Assembly: GCA_964016885.1 (NCBI GenBank)
Contig: OZ024740.1
Span: 266,042,001-266,106,000 of the forward strand
Length of the DNA: 64,000 nt
From: Eledone cirrhosa
Taxonomy: Eukaryota
Reading direction: 5' to 3'
Shown here one piece after another: positions 1 through 13,616 of this stretch. Numbering within the stretch: position 1 is the stretch's first letter; every line of letters begins with the position of its first letter. The notes beneath the pieces are model-generated. The model saw only the letters and a program-made list of their open reading frames with translations. It ran no database searches and was not told where the DNA came from. The position numbers were made by a program, and so were the translations under genes.

Positions 1-2230
1 GGACTATGTATGTGCGTATGTGGGGATATGTATGTGCGTATGTGAGAATATGTATGTGGGTGTGTGAGTATATGTATGAACGTATGTCGGAATATGTATG
101 TGCGTATGTGTGTATGTGGGAATATGTATGTGCGTGTGTGGGAAAATGTATGTGTGTATGTGGAAATATGTATGTGCGTGTGTGGGAATATGTATGAACG
201 TATGTCGGAACATGTATGTGCGTATGTGTGTATGTAGGAATATGTATGTGCATGTGTGGGAATATGTATGTGTGTATGTGGGAATATGTATGTGCGTGTG
301 TGGGAATATGTATGTGTGTATGTGGAAATATGTATGTGCGTGTGTGGGAATATGTATGTGCGTATGTCGGAACATGTATGTGCGTATGTGTGTATGTGGG
401 AATATGTATGTGCATGTGTGGGAATATGTATGTGTGTATGTGGGAATATGTATGTGCGTGTGTGGGAATATGTATGTGGGTATGTGGAAATATGTATGTG
501 CGTGTGTGGGAATATGTAGTAACGTATGTTGGAACATGTATGTGCGTATGTGTGTATGTGGGAATGTGTATGTGCGTATGTGGGGATATGTATGTGCGTA
601 TGTGAGAATATGTATGTGGGTGTGTGAGTATATGTATGAACGTATGTCGGAATATGTATGTGCGTATGTGTGTATGTGATAATGTGTATGTGCGTGTGTG
701 GGAATATGTATGTGTGTATGTGGGAATATGTATGTGCGTGTGTGGGAATATGTATGTGTGTGTGTGAGAATATGTATGTGGGTGTGTGAGTATATGTATG
801 AACGTATGTCGGAATATGTATGTGCGTATGTGTGTATGTGGGAATATGTATGTGCGTGTGTGGGAATATGTGTGTGCGTGTGTGGGAATATGTAGTAACG
901 TATGTCGGAACATGTATGTGCGTATGTGTGTATGTGGGAATATGTATGTGCGTGTGTGGGAATATGTATGAACGTATGTCGGAATATGTATGTGCGTATG
1001 TGTGTATGTGGGACTATGTATGTGCGTATGTGGGGATATGTATGTGCGTATGTGAGAATATGTATGTGGGTGTGTGAGTATATGTATGAACGTATGTCGG
1101 AATATGTATGTGCGTATGTGTGTATGTGGGAATATGTATGTGCGTGTGTGGGAAAATGTATGTGTGTATGTGGAAATATGTATGTGCGTGTGTGGGAATA
1201 TGTATGAACGTATGTCGGAACATGTATGTGCGTATGTGTGTATGTAGGAATATGTATGTGCATGTGTGGGAATATGTATGTGTGTATGTGGGAATATGTA
1301 TGTGCGTGTGTGGGAATATGTATGTGTGTATGTGGAAATATGTATGTGCGTGTGTGGGAATATGTATGTGCGTATGTCGGAACATGTATGTGCGTATGTG
1401 TGTATGTGGGAATATGTATGTGCATGTGTGGGAATATGTATGTGTGTATGTGGGAATATGTATGTGCGTGTGTGGGAATATGTATGTGGGTATGTGGAAA
1501 TATGTATGTGCGTGTGTGGGAATATGTAGTAACGTATGTTGGAACATGTATGTGCGTATGTGTGTATGTGGGAATGTGTATGTGCGTATGTGGGGATATG
1601 TATGTGCGTATGTGAGAATATGTATGTGGGTGTGTGAGTATATGTATGAACGTATGTCGGAATATGTATGTGCGTATGTGTGTATGTGATAATGTGTATG
1701 TGCGTGTGTGGGAATATGTATGTGTGTATGTGGGAATATGTATGTGCGTGTGTGGGAATATGTATGTGTGTGTGTGAGAATATGTATGTGGGTGTGTGAG
1801 TATATGTATGAACGTATGTCGGAATATGTATGTGCGTATGTGTGTATGTGGGAATATGTATGTGCGTGTGTGGGAATATGTGTGTGCGTGTGTGGGAATA
1901 TGTAGTAACGTATGTCGGAACATGTATGTGCGTATGTGTGTATGTGGGAATATGTATGTGCGTGTGTGGGAATATGTATGAACGTATGTCGGAGTATGTA
2001 TGTGCGTATGTGTGTATGTGGGAATATGTATGTGCGTGTGTGGGAATATGTATGAACGTATGTGGGAATATGTATGTGTGTATATGAGAATATGTCGGAA
2101 TATGTATGAGCGTATGTGAGAATATGTATGTGTGTATGTGGCAATATGTATGTGTGTATGTGACAATATGTATGTGCGTATGTGGCAATATGTATGTGTG
2201 TATGTGGGAATATGTATGCGCGTATGTGTT
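1..2230. repeat. TG/TA-rich minisatellite (~22-bp units like TGTGGGAATATGTATGTGCGTG) with a 1010-bp higher-order duplication
   Basis: GGACTATGTATGTGCGTATGTGGGGATATG occurs at 1 and 1011. ORF-track peptides repeat at a +1010 offset (98/1108, 698/1708). Confidence 0.95.
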
Positions 2231-2285
2231 CGTATTTATTAATTTATTCCTTTATTTATATCATCCTTTCGTTCTTTATTTCCAG

Positions 2286-2386
2286 GTGAACTGGCGGGGT
2301 TTCATCACTTCCGGTTGTTCGACGACAGAATGCCTGCAAGCAATTTTACTATCGTTAGCTTTCGGCTTTTAAAGGAAGCCACTTAA
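2286..2386 (+). CDS. Possible terminal coding exon of an unidentified host gene
   Basis: Pyrimidine tract plus TTCCAG acceptor ending at 2285. The phase-1 frame reads (G)ELAGFHHFRLFDDRMPASNFTIVSFRLLKEAT*, followed by AT-rich UTR-like sequence. No homolog recognised. Confidence 0.35.
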
Positions 2387-3089
2387 CTATTAGTTTTCTC
2401 CAGTGGCGTTTATTACAGCGTTTCATAACCATTTTGACCATAAGTTCGTTTATCTAAATTATTTGCTGAATTATTTATTCTCCAATATAATGCTTTATCT
2501 TTTCCATTTTCTTTTCATTTTTATCTCCTTACGTTGATCGTCTCTTGTTCTTCTTGTTGTTATTGTCATTTTTGTTGTTGTTGCATTTTTTCTCTTTCAA
2601 CGTTCCCGGTTGTTATTGTTATTGTTTTCAGAGAAATATCACTTTTATAACAGCAAGAGTGTGTATTTATTTGCGCCTGTGTATACTGCAAGTATAGATG
2701 TGTATGCGTGAGTGAGTTTGTGTGTGTGTGTTTGCATACGCATGTGTGTATAGGAGTATGCTTTTGTCTTCTTATATTTGTTTATTTGTTTATTTTTTTA
2801 TTTATTTATTCATTTATTTGTTTGTTTTAATGTTTGTTTATTTATTTAATATTTCATCGTTTCATGTCTAGAGGGCGAAATCAGTGAATTAATACATTGC
2901 CAATAATATCCCCTTCTCACTGTCTCTATCTCTGTTATCGCTTTAATCATCATCATATCCACCATTGTTACCTTTAATTTGGAGATCAATTACTGCTAAA
3001 GAAACGACGGGAAGTTAAGGAATTTTTGTTTGTCTTTCGTTAGTTTTGTTTTGATTTGTTTTGCAGCTTATTTTTCTTCATCTAGCACA

Positions 3090-3758
<669 letters not shown>

Positions 3759-3802
3759 TATACATATGTATATATATGTATGTATATATGTATATATATA
3801 TG

Positions 3803-3869
<67 letters not shown>

Positions 3870-3974
3870 ATGTGTGTGTGTCTGTGTCTGTGTGTGTCTG
3901 TGTGTGTGAGTCTGTATGTATATGTGTGTGTGTGTGTGTGCATGTGTGTGTCTTTGTGTGTTTATGTGTGTATG

Positions 3975-4856
3975 TTCGTCTGGTTTTATAATTGTATAAA
4001 TGTTTACCAATAGAGAGAGAGTCGGTTTCTAACATAGACACAAGACTCTCTCATTGGAATTTACACAACATCAACTAGGTAGATATGTATGCATGTCTGC
4101 ATGCATGCATGTGTAGATATGGATGTTATTGTATGTGTGGATGTGGATGTTTTGAGTTAAGTGTGCATGTGCATATGCTTTGTATCTGTAGATGTGTACA
4201 TGCAGTTATTAGATGCAAATTTTTTGGAATATTTTACATATACTTACTGTTCCATTAATGGATTGTACTTTTAATCTTCTAACTAGTTGAGTTCTTTCTG
4301 TTCCTGTGAATCCCACTTCTCAAGATTTGTATTGAGGCAGTTACTAACATACCCCAGTGCTCTAATAATCACAGGTATAAGTCTGAAGGTATAGTCAGGG
4401 TGGAGTATCTGCAGATTATTCATTAGTTTTGCATAGATATTCTCCTTTTTGCTAATCTTTAATATTATATTGGCGTCTGCTTGGCAGCTAACTTCCATTA
4501 CTGTGCATGCCTTCTTTTCCCTGTCCTATATCATTATATCCGGTTTGTCATGCCTGTCTTTTATTGGGGTTTTGACTGAAACATTCCACCAATACTCTTT
4601 CATATTATGTATGTGTATGTCTTCCAACTTGCTGTAACTTTTTATGAGTTTATTGTCGGGGCTATCTTTTCTACAGATTCCATTATATAGTGTTTTGGCC
4701 ACTATATTATGCCTCATAGGTAGATAGTACCGTGACGACATCTTTGAACATCTGCTTATGATATGGGAGATATCTGCGGTGTTAATTCTGCAGAGTCTGC
4801 ATTTGTTGTCACATCTAGGTGTTTTGCCTGCATCCCTATCTCTTTTGCGAATCAGG
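3975..4856 (-). mobile_element. 5'-truncated R4-like RLE non-LTR retrotransposon, pseudogenised, flanked by TATG/TG repeats
   Basis: Peptides include a CCHC-like region, YYLPMRH, EYWWNV..HDKPD, and EVSCQAD..KENIY..PVII. Homologous to 38603-39680. Confidence 0.85.
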
Positions 4857-4892
4857 TATGTATGTATCTATGTATGTATGTATGTATGTATG

Positions 4893-5254
4893 TTCTTCTG
4901 GTTTTATAATTTCACAATTTGTTTACCAATAGTGAGAGAGTCAGTTTCTAACATAGACACAAGACTCTCTCATTGGAATTTACACAACATCAACTAGGTA
5001 GATTATATATGCATGCATGCATGTGTAGATATGGATGTTATTGTATGTGTGGATGTGTGTTTTGAATTAAATGTGCATGTGTATATGCTTTGTATCTGTA
5101 CATGTGTATATGCAGTTATTAGATGCAACATTTTGGGAATGTTTTACATATTTTTACTGTTCCATTAATGGATTGTACTTGTAATTTCCTAACTAGTTGT
5201 GTTCTTTCTGTTCCTGTGAAGCCTAGCTTCTCAAGGTTTGTATTGAAGCAGTTA
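4893..5254 (-). mobile_element. Second short 3' fragment of the same RLE LINE family
   Basis: Same 3' UTR (TTCTTCTGGTTTTATAATT...) and C-terminus EKLGFTGTERTQLVRKLQVQSINGTVKICK. Bounded by (TATG)n. Confidence 0.85.
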
Positions 5255-5289
5255 TATATGTATGTATGTATGTATGCATGTATGTATGT

Positions 5290-5660
5290 GACTTTGGAAA
5301 ACTCTGATATAACACCTGCAACCCTGATGGTATCCAATGATGTTGACTTGTTCTTCTTTTTGGTAAATATCATCTTGGTTAAGAGAGTGGGACTGGCTTT
5401 GTGCAATGCCTTTGCTCACTATAAAAGCTTCACGGCACAGGCATTGCTTTGTATCTGGAGATCTCTCTGCACTTGTCGTCACATGGTACCATGGGCCCAG
5501 CACTTTGTGCCAATAATTGTCACAAGTGTAGTGTTTGTACCAGAGTTTTCAAGTCGCTGGCTGGACTAAAAACTCACACTCGTTCAGCGCACCGGTAGGG
5601 GTTCTCCTACATGGATATAAAGTAGTGGCCGTACTCGAAAACGAGTTGGCAGCCACCATG
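5290..5660 (+). mobile_element. RTE-derived non-autonomous element, variant A, 3' part, with (TATG)n tail
   Basis: GGAAAACTCTGATATAACACCTG ... CTCGAAAACGAGTTGGCAGCCACC(ATGT)n. Near-identical to 7317-7681. Confidence 0.6.
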
Positions 5661-5813
5661 TATGTATGTATGTATGTATGTATGTATGTATGTATGTATG
5701 TATGTATGTATGTATGTATGTGTGTGTGTGTATGTATATATATGTGTATGAGTGTATGTGTATATGTGTATGTATGTGTGTATATATATATGTATGTATG
5801 TATGTATGTGTGG

Positions 5814-5846
<33 letters not shown>

Positions 5847-6220
5847 TGTATGTATGTATGTATGTATGTATGTATGTATGTGTGTATATATATATGTATG
5901 TTTTCTCTTTCTCTTAATTTCGAGTATATTTTTTTGACCGGCCACCTTCCTGGTGGCAAGGTTGTAAAAGAAAAGAAATTGTTTGTATGTATGTATGTAT
6001 GTATGTATGTATGTATGTATGTGTGTGTGTGTATGTATATATATGTGTATGAGTGTATGTGTATATGTGTATGTATGTGTGTATATATATATGTGTGTGT
6101 ATGAGTATGTAGGTGTGTATATATATATATATGAGTGTATGTATGTGTTTGTGTGTGTATATATATATGTGTGTATGTATGTGTGTGTGTATATATATCT
6201 ATGTATATGTGTATGAGTAT

Positions 6221-6252
<32 letters not shown>

Positions 6253-7184
6253 GTGCGTGTGTATGTATGTATGTATATATATATAGGTGTGTGTGTATAT
6301 ATGTGTGTATGTATGTATGTATGTATAGATATCTATGTATATGTGTATGAGTATGTATGTGTGTGTATATATATATATGTGTGTGTGTGTGTGTATAGAT
6401 ATATATATGTGTGTGTGTATGTATGTATGTGTGTGTGCCAAAGATGTTTTCATTTCGTTGAGGGACAAATTATAATTTATTTTGATATAATGTCCTTATT
6501 TTCTAAATTGTCTTCGTGTGTGTATATATATATATGTGTGTATGTATGTATGTATGTGTGTGTATGTATGTGTGTATATATATATATGTGAGTGTATGAG
6601 TGTATGTATGTGTGTGTGTATATATATATATATGTGTGTTTGTATATATATATGTGTGTGTGTATGTATATATATGTATATGTGTATGAGTGTATGTATG
6701 TGTTTGTGTATATATATAAATGTGTATGTATATATATATGTGTGTATGTATGTATATATGTGTTTGTATGTATGTATATATATATAATCTGTATGTGGGT
6801 GTGTATATATATGTATGTGGGTGTGTATATATATATATATGTGTGTGTGTATGTATATATATGTGTGTATGAGTGTATGTATGTGTGTGTATATATATAT
6901 ATATGTGTATGTATGTATATATATGTGTGTTTGTATGTATATATATGTGTGTTTGTATGTATATTTATATCTATGTATATGTGTATGAGTATATGTATGT
7001 GTGTGTATATATGTATGTGTGTATATATGTATGTGTATGTATATATGTATGTATGTGTGTATATATATGTATGTGTGTGTCTATATGTATATATATGTAT
7101 GTGTATATATATATATGTGTATACATATATATGTATGTATGTGAATGTATATATATCTATGTATGTATATATATGTATATATAT
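5658..7184. repeat. Compound (TATG)/(TA)/(TG) microsatellite block
   Basis: Seen directly in the sequence. Confidence 0.95.
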
Positions 7185-7681
7185 ATTTTGGATGGCCATT
7201 GACTCTTGGGAGCTCCTTTGCCCTTTGACAAAACCTGTCAAAGGCAAAGGAGCTCTTCGGGGTCAATGGCCATCCAAAATCACCTTAGCCTTTGTCAAGG
7301 CAGAATTCTAGGAGAAGGAAAACTCTGATATAACACCTGCAACCCTGATGGTATCCAATGATGTTGACTTGTTCTTCTTTTTGGTAAATATCATCTTGGT
7401 TAAGAGAGTGGGACTGGCTTTGTGCAGTGCCTTTCCTCACTATAAAAGCTTCACGGCACAGGCATTGCTTTATATCTGGAGATCTCTCTGCCCTTGTCGT
7501 CACATGGTACCATGGGCCCAGCACTATGTGTCAGTAATTGCCACAAGTGTAGTATTTGTACCAGCGTTTCCAAGTCACTGGCTGGACTAAAAAGTCACAC
7601 TCGTTCAGCGCATCGGTAGGGGTTCTCCTACATGGATATAAAGTAGTGGCCGTACTCGAAAATGAGTTGGCAGCCACCATG
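7185..7681 (+). mobile_element. RTE-derived non-autonomous element, variant A, with a 5' fold-back hairpin
   Basis: TCTAGGAGAAGGAAAACTCTGA resembles RTE 5' UTRs. Positions 7185-7280 form an inverted repeat, and the element ends in (ATGT)n. Confidence 0.6.
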
Positions 7682-7701
7682 TATGTATGTATGTATGTAT
7701 G

Positions 7702-8325
7702 TCGGGTCACTCTTGAGTGCTACTGGTAACATGTAACCCAGTACAACCTGTCACATGGTCGGGTCGTCGGCGACTGAACCGGCAACCCCACCAAGTTTAC
7801 TTAGTGAGGAGGGTGATTTTGAACACCCTGCAGGACAAAAAACAAAACCTGACAAAGGGCGGAAGAACTCATACGAGTCAACGGCCATCGAAAACTGTGT
7901 AAATATGTATATGCACATGTACATATGTATGTATATGTGTATATACATGGGTGCATTTGTATGTATATGCGCGGTGACATAAAAATAGTCGGGCTGGACA
8001 CCCGATCGCGCCATTAAACCACTGGGAGTGAGAGACCCCTAGCCTTTGTCAGGGCATTCTTCTAGGAGAAGGCAACTCGGGAAACTGGGATAACTCCGAT
8101 ATAAAACCTGCGGCTCAGTAGTTACCGATGATGTTGATCTTTTCTTCTTTTCGGGTTATAGCTACTGTCGCTCAGAGAGTGGGATTGGCTCAGTGCACAG
8201 TCTTTCCTCACTTTAAAAAATATCTTCACGCACAGGCATTGCACGAATGAATTAATTAATAATTATTAATAATGGTATATCGTGCAATGTGGCCATACTC
8301 GATAACGAGGGGGCAGCCATCATGT
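7702..8325 (+). mobile_element. RTE-derived non-autonomous element, variant B, longest copy
   Basis: AAACCTGACAAAGGGCGGAAGAAC..GTCAACGGCCATC, an internal microsatellite, TCTAGGAGAAGGCAACTC, and a 3' end CTCGATAACGAGGGGGCAGCCATC(ATGT)n. Copies at 62105 and 63822. Confidence 0.6.
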
Positions 8326-8332
8326 ATGTATG

Positions 8333-8600
8333 TTCTTCTGGTTTCATAATTTCACAAATTTTTACCAATAGAGAGAGAGTCGGGTTTCTAACATAGACAC
8401 AAGACTCTCTCATTGGAATTTACACATCAAATAGGTAGATATGTCTGCATGTCTGCATGCATGTGTAGATATGGATGTTATTGTATGTGTGGATGTGGAT
8501 GTTTTGAGTTGTATGTGTGCATGTATATATGCTTAGTATCTGTACCATGCAGTTATTAGATGCAAAATTTTTGGAATGTTTTACATATTTGGAATGTTTT
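8333..8600 (-). mobile_element. 3' UTR fragment of the (CATA)n-associated RLE LINE
   Basis: Matches 3975-4240 and the reverse complement of 39420-39680. Confidence 0.8.
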
Positions 8601-9638
8601 TACAAATGTATGAATCTATATGCAGGTTATGCATAGATAAAAGACAAAGGAAACTGTTCAGTCTAGTACAAGAGAGCTCATTTATTTCATATTGAAGTTC
8701 ATACACTTAAGATGTCTGTGAGACGTTAGGTTTTGGTGTCCCGTTATGGCTACCACTGTATTGTGCAGAAGTGGTTCTAAAACCGGTCTCTCTTGTCAGC
8801 TGCAGGGACAAATTTGTCTGACCCCAATACCTAAGGTCACGCATACATGTTAAATGCATGAAATTCAAAATAAACTATATACATATATATATTCTTTCTG
8901 GTCCTAATCGGCTACTCCATCTGGCCGAACTAACGAATAAGTAGTACATTTAACGCACTGAGTTGATTTAATCGACTTTACCCTCCCTGATACTGTTGGC
9001 CTTATGTCTAAATCAGAAACCATTATTAGTCAAATAACTAATCCATTCATTAGTTGGTTTAAAATCTAGATGATTGATTAATTAGTTAAGAACTATGCTC
9101 ACACATTCTGTGACCTTCTGGGTGATTCTTTTGGTCTGTATCACCTCTTCCTTCTGATTTCAAATCTCAACTTTGACTTTTATTCCTCCAGTGTCTTTAC
9201 AATAAAGTATCAAGAAAAGTGCTGAAGTAAATTTCATCGACATTTCTCTCCCCACAAAACTGCTGGCCTTGTGCTTAAATCATGCCTGTCATCCTTCGGG
9301 GCATCGATAAAATAAAGTATCAATCAACTACTGGAGTCGATATAATTGACTTTTCCCTTCCCTCAAATTTACTGACTTTGTGCCAGTGTTATTACAGAAT
9401 GAGATGGAGAGAAAATGAGAGAGAGAGAGGTAAGGGAAAGAGAGAAAGAGGTGAGGGAAGAGGGAGAGGGAGGAATAGGAAAGAGTGAGATATACATATA
9501 AATATGTACTTAGTTGACCTAAAAATATGTTCTTTTACTTTGACGATCTAACATGTTATATGTAGCTAACCTGGTATGTTGACAATATTCCATTAGCGAA
9601 GAGAGAAAGCGAGATAGAGTCGGAGAGAATCACTGAGT

Positions 9639-9692
<54 letters not shown>

Positions 9693-10324
9693 GACAGACA
9701 GACAGAGAATTAAAAAGAGATAGAGAGAATCACAGAGAGTTAAAGAGACAGGTAGAGAGTATCACGGAGAGTCAAAGAGAGAAAAAGAGACGGAGAAAAC
9801 CATAGTGTCAGAGAGAGGGAATTGTGAGAGAAGGAGCAATAGTGTTAAATGTCTTGGATATCACCAAGCTATAATAAAGTTGGTAAAAAATACAAAGGCA
9901 CTAACGCTATTCATTGAAACATCTAAGAGAAAATATATTCTGGTAGCATTTTTCAGTCGAAATTGCATGAAACGTCACAGGATATTATATTCGCTATATA
10001 GAAAACCGCCAGCAGCTATTTTTGCCAGCGAACTTGTAAACAATTAATCGAATCCATTATTAGAGGGTTGGTGTCAGCGATTTCTCTGCGATTTCTTCTT
10101 TTCCTTTCTTTCAATTTTACCACTTCGAAAATTTAACTAAACAGTGACGTCTAAGCTATACTCTCAACAAAGAAATTGATTTTAAAAAAATGCTCAAGCT
10201 GAAAGCCGAAATCTGCATGAGGTTGTTCCTTGAATCAAAATGCTGCCAAAAAAAAATGGACGACTGAGATTTCCAAGTTCATTTCAGTTTATCTTATTTT
10301 ATATATTTATATTTTACATTTTAC

Positions 10325-10366
<42 letters not shown>

Positions 10367-10618
10367 TATATATATATACATTTCTACGTATTTATATGAA
10401 TTTCACATTGTTATTTTCTCAAAAACACAAACAGAAAGTTGATAGAATTTGTTTCACTTTTCTATAAGGTTATTTTGCCCATTTTGGTTGCTGGCCTTAT
10501 TTGTTTCTTCTGTTTTTGTATTAAACGTTGATAATTATTGTTCCTGCGTCATTTAGGGGTGTTTTTTGTGAATGTGTATATGTGTACGTATATGTGAGTG
10601 TGTGAGTCTGTGGATATA

Positions 10619-10693
<75 letters not shown>

Positions 10694-10742
10694 CATATAT
10701 ACTATATACTATATACCCACAGGCACAAACACTAATATATAC

Positions 10743-10814
<72 letters not shown>

Positions 10815-11024
10815 TTATATATGTGTGTGTGTATGTTTACATAATTAGCTTTTAAGATTTTTTCTAACAATTAGCGTGCGTCTCCTTTTAGCTTTAAAAG
10901 TGTGAGATGGTGCAATCGTAAATTATCACCGTACGCAATTCCTCTTCATGTTTAGATTAAATGACATCAATCTAAAACATATATCTCAGTATCATCGGTG
11001 TCTTCATTCGTTTGTTGTCTATGT

Positions 11025-11305
11025 TGGAGGCGCATAGTCTAGTGGTTAAGGTGTTTGACTTACGATCATAATGTCGCATGCTTTATTCCTGGACTGGGTT
11101 GTGTGTTGTGTTGAGCAAAACACTTCATTTCACGTGGCCCCAGTATATTCAGCTGAAAATGAGTATCAACAATAGCTTGAGGTTTAACCCTGGGGTGGAC
11201 TGGTGTCCTTTCCAGGCTGGTAGTAACGTATTTTCAGTCGCTTCTTGCCACGGAAACCGGAATAAGCACCGGCCTGATGACCCTCCAGACATAAGACAGA
11301 CTAGA
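11025..11305 (+). mobile_element. tRNA-derived SINE with a conserved central domain
   Basis: GGCGCATAGTCTAGTGGTTAAGG head, then TTGAGCAAAACACTT..GGACTGGTGTCC..GAAACCGG. Homologous to 34981-35375. Confidence 0.7.
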
Positions 11306-11339
11306 CATTTAAACTACTGTGGAAGCAGCAACGCCGAAA

Positions 11340-11645
11340 GATAAAGTGGTTCGGTTCACAATCATAGCGTTCTGTGTTCGATCCAACTGTCTGACATCTT
11401 GAGCAAATGTCTCTAGTATACCTACAGGTTGACTCAGTCCTTGCGAGTGAAATTGGGTGGAGAGAAACTGTGTAGAAACCAGTCAAGTGTAATGTCTCTA
11501 ATTTTGTGTCGCGATTAATATCTCTAAGAATTACAGTAAAGGTACACGTGTCTGTAGAATGTTCAGCCAAATGCAAAAAAAATTAAATTTACGAGCAATC
11601 TGTGCTGTTGATCGAACAATTGGAACATCCTAAACCGACGAAAAC
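11340..11645 (+). mobile_element. Decayed SINE related to the copy at 3090
   Basis: GTTCGATCC B-box-like motif and GAGTGAAATTGGGTGGAGAGAAACTGTG body. Confidence 0.55.
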
Positions 11646-11891
11646 CCTTTAACCTCCATTACTGGTTTGTTATGCAGTGATAATTTTTTATTAATGTCTT
11701 CGCCGAAGTGCCATATTGGTAGAATCATTAGAAAGTTGGATAGCGTTGCGGTATTCCTTCAGACTCTGGGCTTTGAGCTCAAATCCCGTCCATATGAACT
11801 TGGTATTTAATCCTTTGGAAGACTATAAATAAAGTACCAGTGATTAGTAGTTTCGATTCTTTCCTCTCTCACTCCCTCTCTCTTTCTTTCT

Positions 11892-11937
<46 letters not shown>

Positions 11938-11940
<3 letters not shown>

Positions 11941-12337
11941 GATAATACAAGGACGATTAGTTGAGCCTTCATAACGTTTATTGATTGGTGACGCGCGTTT
12001 CGTTATTGATCAGCTCAAAGTTCGATCTGTATGATCTGGTTCGACTCTGGAATGAAAGGCTCGTCGGATCTCTTTTATAGTAATGACTGTCATTATTATT
12101 ACAGAGGTCCGACGATTTTTGATTCCAGAGTCGAGCCAGATCGATACAGATCGAACCCTGAGCTGATCAATAGCGAAACGCGCGTCACCAATCAATAAAT
12201 GTAATCAAGGCTTAACAATTCGTCCTTGTATTATTATATTACACTCTGTCTATCTCTACACCTCGCCACTGACGTGAACCTACACATCGAGTGCTCACCT
12301 GGGTGAACCTACAGCAACTTCACGTTACAGTCCCAGG
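11938..12337 (+). mobile_element. (TA)n-flanked fold-back insert with a hammerhead 3' half and tail
   Basis: Imperfect palindrome 11938-12238. GAAA-CGCGCG-TC at 12175-12186 and tail GAGTGCT at 12289. Confidence 0.7.
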
Positions 12338-12352
12338 ATATATATATGTATG

Positions 12353-12420
<68 letters not shown>

Positions 12421-12429
<9 letters not shown>

Positions 12430-12842
12430 AGATCAAAAGATGGTTAAAGGAGTTCCATGTATTTTATTATGCGCATTTCAAAAACAAACATCATCATGCA
12501 ATAATATTTGTGTTTTCATCAGATAAAACAGGAGAACATGATATGAAGGCTAAAAAACACTTGTGGATAGTGCAGTTTTAAATCAACATATGTTGATTTA
12601 AAACTGCACTATCCACAAGTGTTTTTTAGCCTTCATATCATGTTCTCCTGTTTTATCTGATGAAAACACAAATATTATTGCATGATGATGTTTGTTTTTG
12701 AAATGCGCATAATAAAATACATGGAACTCCTTTAACCATCTTTTGATCTTATATATTATGTATACTCCAGTCCTACAAACTGTAGAGTGCTTCTTATCCG
12801 ATATCTGCATTGCTTTATTGTACTACAATAAAACTCACCTCC

Positions 12843-12845
<3 letters not shown>
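12421..12845 (+). mobile_element. (TA)n-flanked perfect palindrome (~340 bp, centre 12589/12590) plus an unpaired tail; Penelope-like terminal insert
   Basis: Identical peptides on both strands in the ORF track, one hammerhead per arm, and tail GAGTGCT at 12785. Confidence 0.85.
12651..12717 (+). ncRNA. Type-I hammerhead ribozyme; mirror copy at 12462-12528 on the minus strand
   Basis: TTTTAT-CTGATGA-[long stem II with GU pairs]-GAAA-TGCGCA-TA-ATAAAA. Stem I is a perfect 6 bp and stem III is palindromic. Confidence 0.85.
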
Positions 12846-12875
<30 letters not shown>

Positions 12876-12879
<4 letters not shown>

Positions 12880-13028
12880 ATAATAATAAAATTGAAGACT
12901 AAAATCCAAAGAGGGCTCGATAAGGAAAATATATATCAAATATATAAGAACCGTAGAGCAAATATTTATTAAAATAACAGATTAAAGTTTAAGCAAAGTC
13001 TTTGCTTAAACTTTAATCTGTTATTTTA

Positions 13029-13036
<8 letters not shown>
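12876..13036 (-). mobile_element. Short insert of the 13.6-kb family: tail plus a 75-bp palindrome
   Basis: Tail resembles 13617-13720. The palindrome 12962-13036 is centred on 12999. Confidence 0.75.
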
Positions 13037-13069
<33 letters not shown>

Positions 13070-13071
<2 letters not shown>

Positions 13072-13310
13072 TTTGTTTTGCAAACAAACAATACTAACTT
13101 AAGGGAAATATAAATAAATAAATAAATAAATATATACACCAGTAATATAACAACAAACATATAAACACACACTAGTAAACAAAGATAGAATACATAAACA
13201 AAAACACATACACTGAAACGCGAACACACCCACCAAACATTATACACACACGCAAACGCATGTGCAGAGACAGAGACAAGATGAAATAAATAAATAACTT
13301 AAATAAAAAC

Positions 13311-13355
<45 letters not shown>

Positions 13356-13604
13356 GTACCACTGATGATATCACAGATGTGCGACGAAAGAACTATGATA
13401 TACTATATATATATATGTGTGTGTGTGTGTATTTTTAACCGCTGGTCAATCAATGGTAAACATTGATTGCCAAATAAATTAACTAATTAACTATGGAGAT
13501 ATAAAAGATGCAGAAGTAAAAACTAACCCAAACAAAACAGTGAGTGTGTTCTGTTGTTATTTCTGGCAATATTATAACAATATGACCCTCTCCATGCATA
13601 ACAA
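13070..13604 (+). mobile_element. 3' fragment of the Penelope-like lineage seen at 31425-33375
   Basis: Encodes QTNNTNLREI* versus QTNNTDLREV* in the long copy. Same 3' end (GTGAGTGTGTTCTG..ATGACCCT) and hammerhead-like core at 13362-13389. Confidence 0.75.
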
Positions 13605-13616
13605 TATATATATATA

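Noticed and set aside
4-2166. 720-aa His/Thr-rich ORF and the many YI/CV/HT ORFs across the window
   Set aside because: These are translations of mini- and microsatellites that lack stop codons by composition.
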